From: Candidatus Hydrogenedens sp.
GTDB taxonomy: Bacteria > Hydrogenedentota > Hydrogenedentia > Hydrogenedentales > Hydrogenedentaceae
Length of the DNA: 64,000 bases
Direction of reading: 5' to 3'
Assembly (NCBI GenBank): GCA_049968235.1
Contig: JBMFRC010000006.1
Span: forward strand, 32,001-96,000
Shown here: positions 29,727 to 39,391 of the stretch, in pieces
Position numbering within the stretch: the first letter of the stretch is position 1
Layout: the number at the start of each line of letters is the position of its first letter
Notes under the pieces: model-generated
Database searches by the model: none
Told to the model about the DNA's origin: nothing
What the model saw: the letters and a program-made list of their open reading frames with translations, nothing else
Position numbers and translations under genes: made by a program

Positions 29727-30803
29727 ATGAATACGTTTAAATATAAAGAATTACTTCCCATTATTCTTTTAATTCCCTTCTTCCTGTTTTTTATTTCTGT
29801 TAATATTTTAATTGACCCTTCCGGACTTCTGAGGAAAAGTCAGGAAAAACAAATAGCACAATGGCTCAATGATGGCTATGGTGTCATAAATGCAATCAAT
29901 GTAGATTACCGTAAAATTGTTAAAGAACGAATCAGATTAATGGAAACAATGCCGGATATTATAGTCATGGGGTCAAGCCGTGCCATGATTATTGATTCAT
30001 CCTTTTTCCCCAATCGACATCTTTTGAATTGTAGTCTTCCTTCTGCAAATTTAGAAGATATTATTGCAAATTATCAGGTACTTTACGAAGCCAATAAACT
30101 GCCTGCAAAACTTATTTTATGTCCCGATCTACATTACTTTAATGCTTATGCAAAAAGTAATTTTCATCTCTTTCAAGAGTTCGATAACGCTATGGAACGT
30201 ATGGAAATAGTTCAAAATACCACATTAAAAGATTTTATTATAAAATGGATAGACCCAAGATATTTTCAGATACTTTCCCCGGGGTATTTTCAAGAATCTA
30301 TTCGATTCCTCCCTGCATGGGTAGTGGGTAAAATTCCTCGCCCCCAACCTATTGAACATTATGAAACAGAAGAAAAAGTCATCCGTCCCGATGGGAGTAT
30401 CATCTACGAATCCTCCCGACGTCAAAAAACACTTCAGGAAATCGAATTTAAAGCAGAACGGTATGCCTTCAAACATCCCGAAGGATTAATCAATTACAGA
30501 AATTTAGACCCAACTCGAAAACAAATTTTTGAAGAGTTTTTAAAGATGGTAAAGAAAGATAGCATTGAAATAGAAGTGATTCTTATTCCTATTCATCCTC
30601 GCTCCTATGAGATTCTTACTCAAAATAAAATATATAAAATCATCATTGATGTGGAAAAATATATGAGAACGGTATTTCATTCCTTAGGCATTCCTGCTTA
30701 TGGTAGTTTCGACGCCACAAAATGCGGGTGTTATTCAATAGATTTTTATGATGCAGTACACGCAAAGCCTGAAGCCATTAAAAGAATTTTGTCCTTTTCA
30801 TAA
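29727..30803 (+). CDS. MBOAT-partner periplasmic protein (DltD/AlgJ-like, SGNH-type fold)
   Basis: N-terminal signal anchor. The early GSSR motif (VMGSSRAMI) and C-terminal YDAVHAKPEA are consistent with DltD-like partners encoded directly after the MBOAT. The 10-nt gap implies an operon. Confidence 0.5.
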   Translation: MNTFKYKELLPIILLIPFFLFFISVNILIDPSGLLRKSQEKQIAQWLNDGYGVINAINVDYRKIVKERIRLMETMPDIIVMGSSRAMIIDSSFFPNRHLLNCSLPSANLEDIIANYQVLYEANKLPAKLILCPDLHYFNAYAKSNFHLFQEFDNAMERMEIVQNTTLKDFIIKWIDPRYFQILSPGYFQESIRFLPAWVVGKIPRPQPIEHYETEEKVIRPDGSIIYESSRRQKTLQEIEFKAERYAFKHPEGLINYRNLDPTRKQIFEEFLKMVKKDSIEIEVILIPIHPRSYEILTQNKIYKIIIDVEKYMRTVFHSLGIPAYGSFDATKCGCYSIDFYDAVHAKPEAIKRILSFS

Positions 30804-30859
30804 AGTAACAACAAGTAATTTTTCTAAAACTGTCTTTTACTTGATTTATGATTGAAAAA

Positions 30860-31663
30860 TTAATTTGAGGTTTCTTCCAATATTTTTAGCAATTCATCAT
30901 GGATATACCCATTTGTTGCAATAATTCCATCATTTTTTGAGAACAAATGTATAGGTGTCCCGTCTTTTTGTGTTATTTTTCCATGTGCTTCTTCTAAAAT
31001 CAATTTACCGGCTAAAAAATCCCACGGTTGTAGTGAAGCATGAACATAAGCGTCAGCAATTCCCATAGCGACCTGTATTATTGCCAATATCGCAGAACCA
31101 ATACAGCGGACCTGCCCAAAGTGAAGTAATGGATTTATAAAAAAAGGCAGTCTTTCTTTCCTTGATGATTTTCTACCAAAATCTAATAGAACACATGATT
31201 CGTCTAATTCTTTTTTGGTAGATACTTCTATTCTTTGTCCATTACGCCATGCACCCTTCCCCTTTTTAGCAATAAATACATCTCCTGTAATAGGCACTAA
31301 TACACCAGAACAAACTAATTCACCCTTATCCGCAAAAGCAATGGCAACTGCAAATGCAGGAAAATAACTCCTTACAAAATTTGCCGTTCCATCAATAGGG
31401 TCAATAATCCATACACGCCCGTTGTAAGTATCGTTATATTGCGAAAATCCTGCTTCTTCACCAATGATGAGGTCTTGATGGAAGAAATTCTTTATTTTTT
31501 TTATAAAAGAACTCTGGACAAAAAGGTCTACTTCGGTTAAGAAGTCTGTTGCATCCCTTTTTGTGGAGATAGTTAACTCATCTTTTCTTTTATAACTATC
31601 TACAATATAAGGTGTTATTTCATCAAAAAACTCTTTTATAGCTTCTATTTCTGTTTTCTTCAT
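30860..31663 (-). CDS. suhB: Inositol monophosphatase family protein (SuhB-like)
   Basis: WIIDPIDGTANF and IGSAIL... IMPase motifs. Confidence 0.85.
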   Translation of the reverse strand: MKKTEIEAIKEFFDEITPYIVDSYKRKDELTISTKRDATDFLTEVDLFVQSSFIKKIKNFFHQDLIIGEEAGFSQYNDTYNGRVWIIDPIDGTANFVRSYFPAFAVAIAFADKGELVCSGVLVPITGDVFIAKKGKGAWRNGQRIEVSTKKELDESCVLLDFGRKSSRKERLPFFINPLLHFGQVRCIGSAILAIIQVAMGIADAYVHASLQPWDFLAGKLILEEAHGKITQKDGTPIHLFSKNDGIIATNGYIHDELLKILEETSN

Positions 31664-31733
31664 AAAAGCATCTTTTAGGCTTATTTATACAAAAAAATGA
31701 TTGTGAACTTTCAGAAATTAGTATTTCTTTTAA

Positions 31734-32201
31734 TTAATCAGGTAAATATCCTTCGGGGTTTTTTGTGAGTATTGCCCAGGAGGCTTTGTCTACCCATTCA
31801 TATAATTTTTCTATTGTTAAACTTAAAGTATACCATACAGGCACAAATTCTAATGTTATTTGACCATGAAGATTATACCGGAATTGTGAGTAGTTCCATA
31901 TATTTAAGCCAAGAATTTTATGGAATATGAGTCCGGAAAAATATTCCACAATAAAAATTATCAGCATGTAAACAAACGCCCTAACAGGGAAAGGGATACC
32001 TATGGCTTTCAGTGGATTTCTTAACCATGGGGTTAATATTCCTATCAAACCGTAATCAAATATCATCCAGAGAGATGTATGTCCTCTTAAATTTACATTG
32101 TCATGAAAAATCAAGCCATCAATACTTGACATAAACACTTCTAAAACTAAACCAAATAAAGCAAAGATAATAAAGCGAACAAGTGCTTTATGATAATTCA
32201 T
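31734..32201 (-). CDS. Small polytopic membrane protein (possibly CmpB/PF06541-like)
   Basis: Four predicted TM helices. The GHTSLWMIFDYG motif resembles the putative ABC-transporter type IV family. Weak assignment. Confidence 0.4.
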   Translation of the reverse strand: MNYHKALVRFIIFALFGLVLEVFMSSIDGLIFHDNVNLRGHTSLWMIFDYGLIGILTPWLRNPLKAIGIPFPVRAFVYMLIIFIVEYFSGLIFHKILGLNIWNYSQFRYNLHGQITLEFVPVWYTLSLTIEKLYEWVDKASWAILTKNPEGYLPD

Positions 32202-32283
32202 AATAATACCTTTTCATCGAATTTTTATTAGGAAAGATTACGAAGGATATTATTTTGTAGACTTGATTAATCAAAAAAATGTT

Positions 32284-33720
32284 TCATTTTTTTCTAAGAA
32301 ATGGTAACTCGAACCCAAAAATACTTCCTTTTCCGGGCTGACTTTTTACAAAGACCTTACCTCCATGACTTTCGATAACCTGACGAACAATATATAAGCC
32401 TAAACCGGAACCTGTAGAATCAACCCCTTCCATTTTCTGTTGTTTTAATCGCACAAATTCTTTGAACAATTTTGGAATGTCTTCTTGTGATATGCCAATT
32501 CCATTATCTTCGACTTCAACCCGTACATAAGATAAATAAGTATATGAGCGAATAGTAATTGTACCATTCTGGGGTGTATATTTAATGGCATTGGTTAGAA
32601 AATTCAGAATAGCCTCTCGAATTAATCTCTGGATACCCAAAACGAATATCTTTTTTTCTGGTAGTTCCAATTTAATCTCATGTCTCTTGCTTGCTATTAA
32701 ATCCTGGTTTTCTTCAAGAATTTTTTCGATAAGGCTATTCAGTTCAAACTCTTTTGCTTCTCTTAACAGGTCAGCATTCTCCATTACGGAAAGATTTTCT
32801 AAGTCGTGCAAAAAAGATACCAATTCATCAATTCTCGTTAGTGAGCGTTGAACCCAGGATTGTTGTGTTTCGTTTAATTCACCTCCGTATCCATAAAGCA
32901 AATTTTGTAAATGCATGGCTATTGCAGAAATAGGGGCTCGTAAATTATGCAAGGCTATTTGCAAAAATCCTTTTCTTTGGTCACATAACCTTTCTAAATC
33001 CTTATTTATTCTTACAATTTGCCTTTGTCCTTCTCTGAGAAAATACATTAAGTGGGTCGTTAGTGATGCGGTTAAGAAGAATAATAAGCCTTGAACAACA
33101 GCCACTGTTATGATATATATTCCTGTAGGTGGGTTATCTGTTGGAACTGCCCCTATGGGATACATTTGAGGAATCCATTGAAGCCAACTAACAATTGCTA
33201 ATGTTAGAAAGAGTAGATAACCGTATATTGTATAAGTAAATGCAATTAAAGGGCTGAATAAAATACTTGCGATAATTACATGGAAAATAAAAAATGTCTG
33301 AAAAGGTGAATACACACCTCCTACCAACCATATTGCAATTGTTAAAAGTAAAAAGTCAGTAGCAATTGATAAATGTAAAATAAAAACAAGTAAAAACCGA
33401 TACTTTCGTGATTTTTCTTTCTTTTTCCTTGCGGGGAATGCAATTGCAAAGTTTAATAAATTTGCTAAAAATAGGATAATTGCTAACAGAATTAAAGCAT
33501 AGTGATTTAATTCATGAATTCCTAATATGTACTTTGCAAAAAGCGAACCTGCAACAATAAGAAAAGAAACAAAGAAACGGACAATGGTAAAGTCATAAAG
33601 TTGGTCTTCTAATCGAAGGCTATGTAAAAAAACAGGGAATGAACCTTCTTCATCCCTCAGAAAAAAACGAATTATTTTAGACAATAATGACTGGGAATAT
33701 TTACCTGAAGAGCCTGACAT
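32284..33720 (-). CDS. Membrane-bound sensor histidine kinase
   Basis: Multi-TM N-terminal half. H-box LHNLRAPISAI. HATPase_c motifs DNGIGIS and GSGLGLYIVRQVIESHGG. Confidence 0.8.
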   Translation of the reverse strand: MSGSSGKYSQSLLSKIIRFFLRDEEGSFPVFLHSLRLEDQLYDFTIVRFFVSFLIVAGSLFAKYILGIHELNHYALILLAIILFLANLLNFAIAFPARKKKEKSRKYRFLLVFILHLSIATDFLLLTIAIWLVGGVYSPFQTFFIFHVIIASILFSPLIAFTYTIYGYLLFLTLAIVSWLQWIPQMYPIGAVPTDNPPTGIYIITVAVVQGLLFFLTASLTTHLMYFLREGQRQIVRINKDLERLCDQRKGFLQIALHNLRAPISAIAMHLQNLLYGYGGELNETQQSWVQRSLTRIDELVSFLHDLENLSVMENADLLREAKEFELNSLIEKILEENQDLIASKRHEIKLELPEKKIFVLGIQRLIREAILNFLTNAIKYTPQNGTITIRSYTYLSYVRVEVEDNGIGISQEDIPKLFKEFVRLKQQKMEGVDSTGSGLGLYIVRQVIESHGGKVFVKSQPGKGSIFGFELPFLRKK

Positions 33721-33762
33721 TTTTCCCCTTCAGAATGTTTCATTTTTCTAAATCTATTGTAT

Positions 33763-33799
33763 AAAAAAAAACAGAGCAACTCTCCTTTTTTTTTTTTTT
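33763..33799 (-). terminator. Candidate weak intrinsic terminator / A9-stem-T14 tract between the REC gene and the kinase gene
   Basis: The minus strand reads A14-GGAGAGTTGCTCTG-T9. This is a 4-bp stem (AGAG/CTCT, loop TTG) followed by a U-run, directly after the REC stop. The stem is short, so this is low confidence. Confidence 0.25.
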
Positions 33800-33818
33800 A
33801 TTAAACAGACTTTCCTTA

Positions 33819-34196
33819 TTATGCTACACCTAATTTTGCTTTCAAAGTAGAAATCAAAACCTTCGGGTCAACAGGTTTCTGGAATATACCAGCCAGTCCT
33901 AATTCGCGAGCATCAATGTTATAGCGAACCGCATCACCTGCGGAACTTAACATATACATAGGTCCGGGATATTTATCTCCCTTTAATTTTATAGCAACCT
34001 GACTTCCGGAATCTACATTTTCCATCATTAGATCTATAATAACTGCATCAGGTTGTATTCTCTGAACTGCTTTTAATCCTTCTTCTCCGTTAGCCGCCTC
34101 TCCAACAACAAATCCGGCGGATTCTAACATAACTCTCAGTGCAGAGCGAATATCTGGGTCATCATCAATAATAAGAATAACTTTTTTTTGTTCCAT
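33819..34196 (-). CDS. Single-domain response regulator (CheY-like receiver)
   Basis: KVILIIDDDPD, DAVIIDLMM and a conserved Lys region. No output domain (125 aa). Confidence 0.8.
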   Translation of the reverse strand: MEQKKVILIIDDDPDIRSALRVMLESAGFVVGEAANGEEGLKAVQRIQPDAVIIDLMMENVDSGSQVAIKLKGDKYPGPMYMLSSAGDAVRYNIDARELGLAGIFQKPVDPKVLISTLKAKLGVA

Positions 34197-34677
34197 GTTC
34201 CCTTCTCCTTTGTTGATTTAATATGTTATTTAAAAATTGCCATGCTAATTCAAGATTATTTTTTGCCTCTTCAGTAATCCCTTCACCGATTGTAAAATCA
34301 TAACCTCTGATACCTAATATCCACGATTCTGGAGCAGAACCGAAATATTCATCACAAATAGCAATTACCGATTCTGCATTTACAGAATGTGTCGAAAAGG
34401 TTATATTTTTTGAAGGGAATACTCTTTTTAAGTAAAAAGGTTCATCACCTTCTTTCGATGCATCTACAAATAATACTTTATCATAATTTACCAGTTCAGC
34501 ACCTAATTCAATATTTAACTGGTAATCAGCATCTGTATTAACATTATCATGGTTCATCTGTTTAACACGTTGGACAAATAAAGGTCCCAACGCATCATCA
34601 TGACGCTCCGGATTTCCATATCCGAAGATGAGTATTTTTTCATCCTCTAATAAGTTCATGAACGAGTTTACCTTCAT
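34165..34677 (-). CDS. hoxW: [NiFe]-hydrogenase maturation endopeptidase (HoxW/HyaD family)
   Basis: ILIFGYGNPERHDDALGP is the hydrogenase maturation protease motif. Directly downstream of the large subunit gene. The start may be M7 (34659). Confidence 0.8.
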   Translation of the reverse strand: MKVNSFMNLLEDEKILIFGYGNPERHDDALGPLFVQRVKQMNHDNVNTDADYQLNIELGAELVNYDKVLFVDASKEGDEPFYLKRVFPSKNITFSTHSVNAESVIAICDEYFGSAPESWILGIRGYDFTIGEGITEEAKNNLELAWQFLNNILNQQRRREHGTKKSYSYY

Positions 34678-36085
34678 GGTTCATTATTTGTATTTGTAAG
34701 GGCATCTGTCCTAATGCATGGGTTGCACAACTCAAACATGGGTCATAAGCACGGATACCAACCTCAATAGTGTTTAATAACCCTTCCGTTATTTCAGATT
34801 TTCCTTGCAAATAATCTTTTGCCAGGACATTTACAACCTGATTCATAGGTTCATTATTATTGGTTGTAGATACGATTAGGTTTGCAAGAACAATCTGGTC
34901 GTTATCATTAATTTCATAATGATGGAACAAAGTTCCACGAGGGGCTTCTATCCACGCGACACCACGTTTCTGTTTTGTTCCCTGAGTAATTAGATTTGTC
35001 CCCTGTAAATCAGGGTCGTTTAACAAATCTTTTATCTTCTCAGCGGAATGCAACATTTCGATTAATCGTGCCCAGTGATATGCCATAGAAGCATTTATAG
35101 GCTTTCCACCTGTTAATGACATTAATTCCTGTCTTTCTTTCTCGGCTAATGGAGTATCAATAAAATCACAATTATTGATACGAGCCAGAGGTCCCACCCG
35201 ATACCATCCTTTTTCTTTTCCTAAGGAACGAATGAACGGGAACTTCATATAACTCCACGGACGAACTTCCTCTGCAATGTAATCAAGATAATCTTCGGGC
35301 TTGACCATATCGAAGATTATCTTTCCATCTGCTGTTTTAGCCCTTAATAAACCATCGTACAGGTCAAGACAACCATCTTTTCGGACAATGCTTAAATGAT
35401 TGGAATCAAAATAACCAAATTTAAGGAAAAAGTCTAATTTCTCTTTTACTATTTTTTTACATAATTCAACGGACTCTACAGACCATTTTATGATGGTATC
35501 AATATCCTTCAGGAAAACATCTCTTTCTTCAATAGATAGGTTTTTATTAATACCACCGGGAATAGCACCTGTCCCATGGACTTTTTTCCCAGCAGTGGCT
35601 TTAATAATTTCCTGACCATATTTTCTCAATAAAACAGCCTTCTTTGCTGTTTCCGGGTCTGCTTTTATCACCCCAATTACATTTCTTTGTTCAACCGGTG
35701 CATCAAATCCGAATAATAAATCGGGAGAACAAAGATAGAAAAAGTGTAGTGCGTGGGACTGTAAGGTTTGTCCATAGTGCATAAGTCTTCTCATCTTTTC
35801 TCCGGTAGGAGTTAATGTTTTTGCTCCTACAATAACATCGGTTGCTTTTGCAGCACAGAGGTGATGACTTACAGGACAAATTCCACATAGTCTTTGAACA
35901 ATGGTTGGGGCTTCCCAATAAAACCGTCCCTGAACAAATCGTTCAAAGCCACGAAACTCTATAATATGGAAACGGGTTTGTTGCACATTCCCTTTCTCAT
36001 CTAAGAGGATAGTAACTTTCCCGTGTCCTTCTACCCGTGTAACGGGGTTTATTACAATTTTTCTTCCTGTTGTTTTTGTACTCAT
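34640..36085 (-). CDS. hoxH: [NiFe]-hydrogenase large (catalytic) subunit, bidirectional/NAD-linked type (group 3d)
   Basis: N-terminal RVEGHG, the N-terminal Ni-binding RLCGICPVSH, and the C-terminal DPCLSCATH (Ni-Fe ligating Cys pairs). Confidence 0.9.
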   Translation of the reverse strand: MSTKTTGRKIVINPVTRVEGHGKVTILLDEKGNVQQTRFHIIEFRGFERFVQGRFYWEAPTIVQRLCGICPVSHHLCAAKATDVIVGAKTLTPTGEKMRRLMHYGQTLQSHALHFFYLCSPDLLFGFDAPVEQRNVIGVIKADPETAKKAVLLRKYGQEIIKATAGKKVHGTGAIPGGINKNLSIEERDVFLKDIDTIIKWSVESVELCKKIVKEKLDFFLKFGYFDSNHLSIVRKDGCLDLYDGLLRAKTADGKIIFDMVKPEDYLDYIAEEVRPWSYMKFPFIRSLGKEKGWYRVGPLARINNCDFIDTPLAEKERQELMSLTGGKPINASMAYHWARLIEMLHSAEKIKDLLNDPDLQGTNLITQGTKQKRGVAWIEAPRGTLFHHYEINDNDQIVLANLIVSTTNNNEPMNQVVNVLAKDYLQGKSEITEGLLNTIEVGIRAYDPCLSCATHALGQMPLQIQIMNHEGKLVHELIRG

Positions 36086-36103
36086 AGATACTGCCTCCTG
36101 AAA

Positions 36104-36652
36104 TTAGTCGTATTTTATAAGTTCATAATCAAGACTTAACGGTTCTCCTTTTAATAAGGCAACCAATGCGTTCCAAATCGTATCTGCGGAAGGTGGGCAA
36201 CCGGGCAGGAAATAATCAATTTTCACTACCTCATGACAGGGATATACCTTGTCTAATAAAACGGGAATATCCGGGTCATTGGGGATAACCCCTGTATTTT
36301 CACTTTTTACAGTGGGACCATTCAGATATGCCTCTTCCAGACATTCCTTTAATGGAACTAAATTCCTCATGGAGGGAACTCCTCCTGTCAAAGCACAGGC
36401 ACCGATGGCAACAAGAATCTTACAATGTTTTCTAAATTCCATCAGTATCTCTGCATTTTCATCATTACTGATACCACCTTCAATAATCCCAATATCTACA
36501 GGTTTTGTAAAATTTTTTATATCATTTATAGGTGACTTGTTAAATTCCACCAATTCAACAAGGTCTAAAATACGCTCATCAATGTCCAAAATAGACATAT
36601 GGCATCCAAAACATCCCGTAAAATGGGCTGTTGCTACAACAGGTTTACTCAT
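36104..36652 (-). CDS. hoxY: [NiFe]-hydrogenase small subunit (NuoB-like), HoxY
   Basis: FTGCFGCHMS plus GCPP cysteines for the proximal 4Fe-4S cluster. Length 182 aa is typical for group 3 small subunits. Confidence 0.85.
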   Translation of the reverse strand: MSKPVVATAHFTGCFGCHMSILDIDERILDLVELVEFNKSPINDIKNFTKPVDIGIIEGGISNDENAEILMEFRKHCKILVAIGACALTGGVPSMRNLVPLKECLEEAYLNGPTVKSENTGVIPNDPDIPVLLDKVYPCHEVVKIDYFLPGCPPSADTIWNALVALLKGEPLSLDYELIKYD

Positions 36653-36671
36653 AACTCCATTCCTTTCCTGT

Positions 36672-37388
36672 TTATAATTTCACTTTTTTTGTTTCTATTT
36701 CTGAACCAATCGGCTTCTTGTCGTAAGGTCTCTTTCCAACAGGTGTTAAATACCCTTGCCTCTTCACTACAAGGCACCCCGTAGGACAAACAGACATTGC
36801 TTTATCATCTTTTGTCAAATTGGTATCTTTCAATCCATCGTTGGAGTTTACCGAAATTCGCATGTTAATTCCTCGATTTTCAAAACCAAACACATTTTTC
36901 TTGTCCAGATGTATAGATGCTCTTACACAACGACCACATAAAACACAGCGATTCCTATCTAAATAGACATCGGGATGAGTTGCATCGAGTTCTTTTTGAG
37001 CATATAAATAAGGCATCTGTGGAGTTAATAATCCGAGACGATATGCTAAAGCCTGTAATTCACATTTTCCAGCAACCTCACATGAAGGACAGAAATGATT
37101 CCCTTCCACGAATAACATTTCAATAATGTTCCTGCGGAAACCATTCAATTCTTCCGTATTATTTTCTACAACAATCCCTTCAGCAACAGGATATGTACAG
37201 GAATTAACAGGTCTTCCATTTACTTTTACTGTGCAAACTCGACAATGACCACCCGGAGGAAGGTCTTTAAGATAGCACAATCTCGGAATATATATCCCTG
37301 CATCATCTGCAGCTTGAATTATCGTTTTATCCGGAGCAGATTTTACTTCAACTCCATCAATTGTAAAAGTAACTACATTTGTACTCAT
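36672..37388 (-). CDS. hoxU: Hydrogenase diaphorase iron-sulfur subunit HoxU (NuoG N-terminal-like, 2Fe-2S + 4Fe-4S)
   Basis: The NuoG-like N-terminus (TFTIDGVEV...IPRLCYL...CRVCTVKV) and multiple CxxCxxC ferredoxin motifs. Confidence 0.85.
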   Translation of the reverse strand: MSTNVVTFTIDGVEVKSAPDKTIIQAADDAGIYIPRLCYLKDLPPGGHCRVCTVKVNGRPVNSCTYPVAEGIVVENNTEELNGFRRNIIEMLFVEGNHFCPSCEVAGKCELQALAYRLGLLTPQMPYLYAQKELDATHPDVYLDRNRCVLCGRCVRASIHLDKKNVFGFENRGINMRISVNSNDGLKDTNLTKDDKAMSVCPTGCLVVKRQGYLTPVGKRPYDKKPIGSEIETKKVKL

Positions 37389-39160
37389 TATTTTACTCCT
37401 TCCATTGTTCTTCCACTTGCTTCTATACCAATTTTCATAGCTTTTTGCAAATCAAAGGTTAATAATTTACCATCTTCTTCTTTGATTCTTTCTGCATATA
37501 AATCTGCAAAATCATAAATAGTTGTTAATACAGGATTTGCAGATGTTTGCCCTAGTCCACAACGACTCATGGATTTTACCGTTTGCGCTATTCTCCGCAA
37601 TTCAGCAAGGCTTTGGGCAGTGCCTTTACCATCCAGTATCTGTCTAAATTTCTTTTCAAGTAGTGTGGTTCCAGCCCTACATGGGACACACCAACCACAA
37701 GATTCTTCGATAAAAAACTCTATAAACTGATGCATACACTCTAATAAATCTCTATTTTTACCAAAAATCATGATAGAACCACCGGTTGGAAGGTCCTCAA
37801 ATGAAATTCGTCTACCAAAATCCTTGGGGGCTACACACTTTCCAGAAGCACCGCCTACTTGAACTGCCTGTGTATCTTTGGCACCTACCAGTTCTAACAG
37901 ATTCTCTATTGTTATTCCATACTCAACCTCATATACTCCTGGATGCTCACAATCACCGGAAACACTTAACATTTTTGTTCCTGTTGAGTCTTTTGTTCCA
38001 ATCTTCGCAAACCATTCTCCGCCCTTTTCTAATATACGAGCAGCACAACATAGCGTTTCCACGTTATTTACAGATGTGGGTTCGCTTTTATATCCTTTCT
38101 GAACAGGGAACGGTGGTCTATCGCGAGGAGCGCCTCTTTTCCCTTCTGCCGACTCAATAAGTGCAGATTCTTCACCACACACATAAGCACCTGCACCCAA
38201 TTGAATTCGAATATCAAAACTAAAATCTTCTCTACCACAAATATGTTCACCTAATAAACCCAAATGTCTTCTTTTTGCTAAAACCTTTTCAAGATTATCT
38301 AATAAATAAGCATATTCTCCACGAAGATACATTATACCTTCTTTAGCACCGATGGCATACCCTGCAATAGTCATGCCTTCAAAAACCAGGTCAGGATACT
38401 CTGTCAATATAACGCGGTCTTTAAATGTTCCGGGTTCCCCTTCATCTGCATTACATATAAGATAACGAATGGGTGATTTTTGCTTTCTACAAAAATCCCA
38501 CTTCATTGCTGTAGGAAAGCCGGCTCCTCCTCTTCCACGAAGCCTTGACTTATTTATTTCTGCAATAACATCTTCAGGTTTCATATTTAACGCATTTCGG
38601 ATTGCCTGTCCGTTCTCTAATGGGGCACATATAACTTCCCCTTCTTTTTTCAAATTCAACAAAACTCGTGCTTGTGGCAAATCAGAAATATCCTTACCTG
38701 CTTTAATATCACTTATAATTTTAGGAACATCCGCAGGTTTAAGATTTGTAAACGGTATATTGTTTATTAGTGCACCTGGAGCCTGGTCACTTAGACCGAT
38801 ACATGAGGTATGAAGCAAAGTAAACAAGTTATCCTTTGTAGTTTCACCAAAGGATATACCTAATTCCTTTTCAAAGGCTTTCCCTACTTCATCAGCCCCT
38901 TTCATTCTTTCTATAACTGCATTAGCAAGTCTTATTACATTCTTCCCAAGAGGTTTTCTTGGTAAAAAAGAATAAAAACTGACCATATCCCGAACCTGTA
39001 CCATAGGCATGTTCAGGACCTCTGCAACATGTGCGGCCATCTCATCCGAAATATAGCCGAATTCTTTAACAATATCGTGGGCTATATTCATCAGATAACC
39101 GCAGTCATTGCCATATTTATTGGCAATGTTTTTGATTTGTTCTCGGTAATGGTGGGTCAT
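37388..39160 (-). CDS. hoxF: Hydrogenase diaphorase NAD(H)/FMN-binding subunit HoxF (NuoF-like) with an N-terminal NuoE-like domain
   Basis: GRGGAGFPTAMKW (NuoF FMN/NADH site), C-terminal ESCGWCVPCR (4Fe-4S), and an N-terminal thioredoxin-like NuoE-type domain with only part of the Cys set (SCIGLSDQAPGALIN). Strong GGAG...GGAAG RBS. Confidence 0.9.
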   Translation of the reverse strand: MTHHYREQIKNIANKYGNDCGYLMNIAHDIVKEFGYISDEMAAHVAEVLNMPMVQVRDMVSFYSFLPRKPLGKNVIRLANAVIERMKGADEVGKAFEKELGISFGETTKDNLFTLLHTSCIGLSDQAPGALINNIPFTNLKPADVPKIISDIKAGKDISDLPQARVLLNLKKEGEVICAPLENGQAIRNALNMKPEDVIAEINKSRLRGRGGAGFPTAMKWDFCRKQKSPIRYLICNADEGEPGTFKDRVILTEYPDLVFEGMTIAGYAIGAKEGIMYLRGEYAYLLDNLEKVLAKRRHLGLLGEHICGREDFSFDIRIQLGAGAYVCGEESALIESAEGKRGAPRDRPPFPVQKGYKSEPTSVNNVETLCCAARILEKGGEWFAKIGTKDSTGTKMLSVSGDCEHPGVYEVEYGITIENLLELVGAKDTQAVQVGGASGKCVAPKDFGRRISFEDLPTGGSIMIFGKNRDLLECMHQFIEFFIEESCGWCVPCRAGTTLLEKKFRQILDGKGTAQSLAELRRIAQTVKSMSRCGLGQTSANPVLTTIYDFADLYAERIKEEDGKLLTFDLQKAMKIGIEASGRTMEGVK

Positions 39161-39363
39161 AACTTCCTTACTCCTACAAAAATTTGACTTACTTATTAAC
39201 TTACCGTTAGGTAAACAACTATATTACTATATCATATTTATCACTATATTTCAATATTGTTCGACATTATTTCAAATATTTTGCAAAAATTGCTAAACTA
39301 TGTTTTTATACGCATAAATTGAGGCTATTTTGTTGCTTCGTTCATTTTATTATCAAAAATTTG

Positions 39364-39391
39364 GTATTACTATTTAATATATTAGTAATAC
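39364..39391. promoter_or_regulatory. Perfect 9-bp inverted repeat GTATTACTA-N10-TAGTAATAC in the 385-bp divergent hoxF/ybaB intergenic region (candidate operator)
   Basis: The two arms are exact reverse complements, seen directly at 39364-39372 and 39383-39391 with an AT-only spacer. Confidence 0.3.

Noticed and set aside
30804-30859. Inverted repeat CAAGTAA-N18-TTACTTG between the convergent DltD-like and suhB genes, as a possible bidirectional terminator.
   Set aside because: The 7-bp AT-rich stem has a long loop and no flanking U-tract. Too weak to call.
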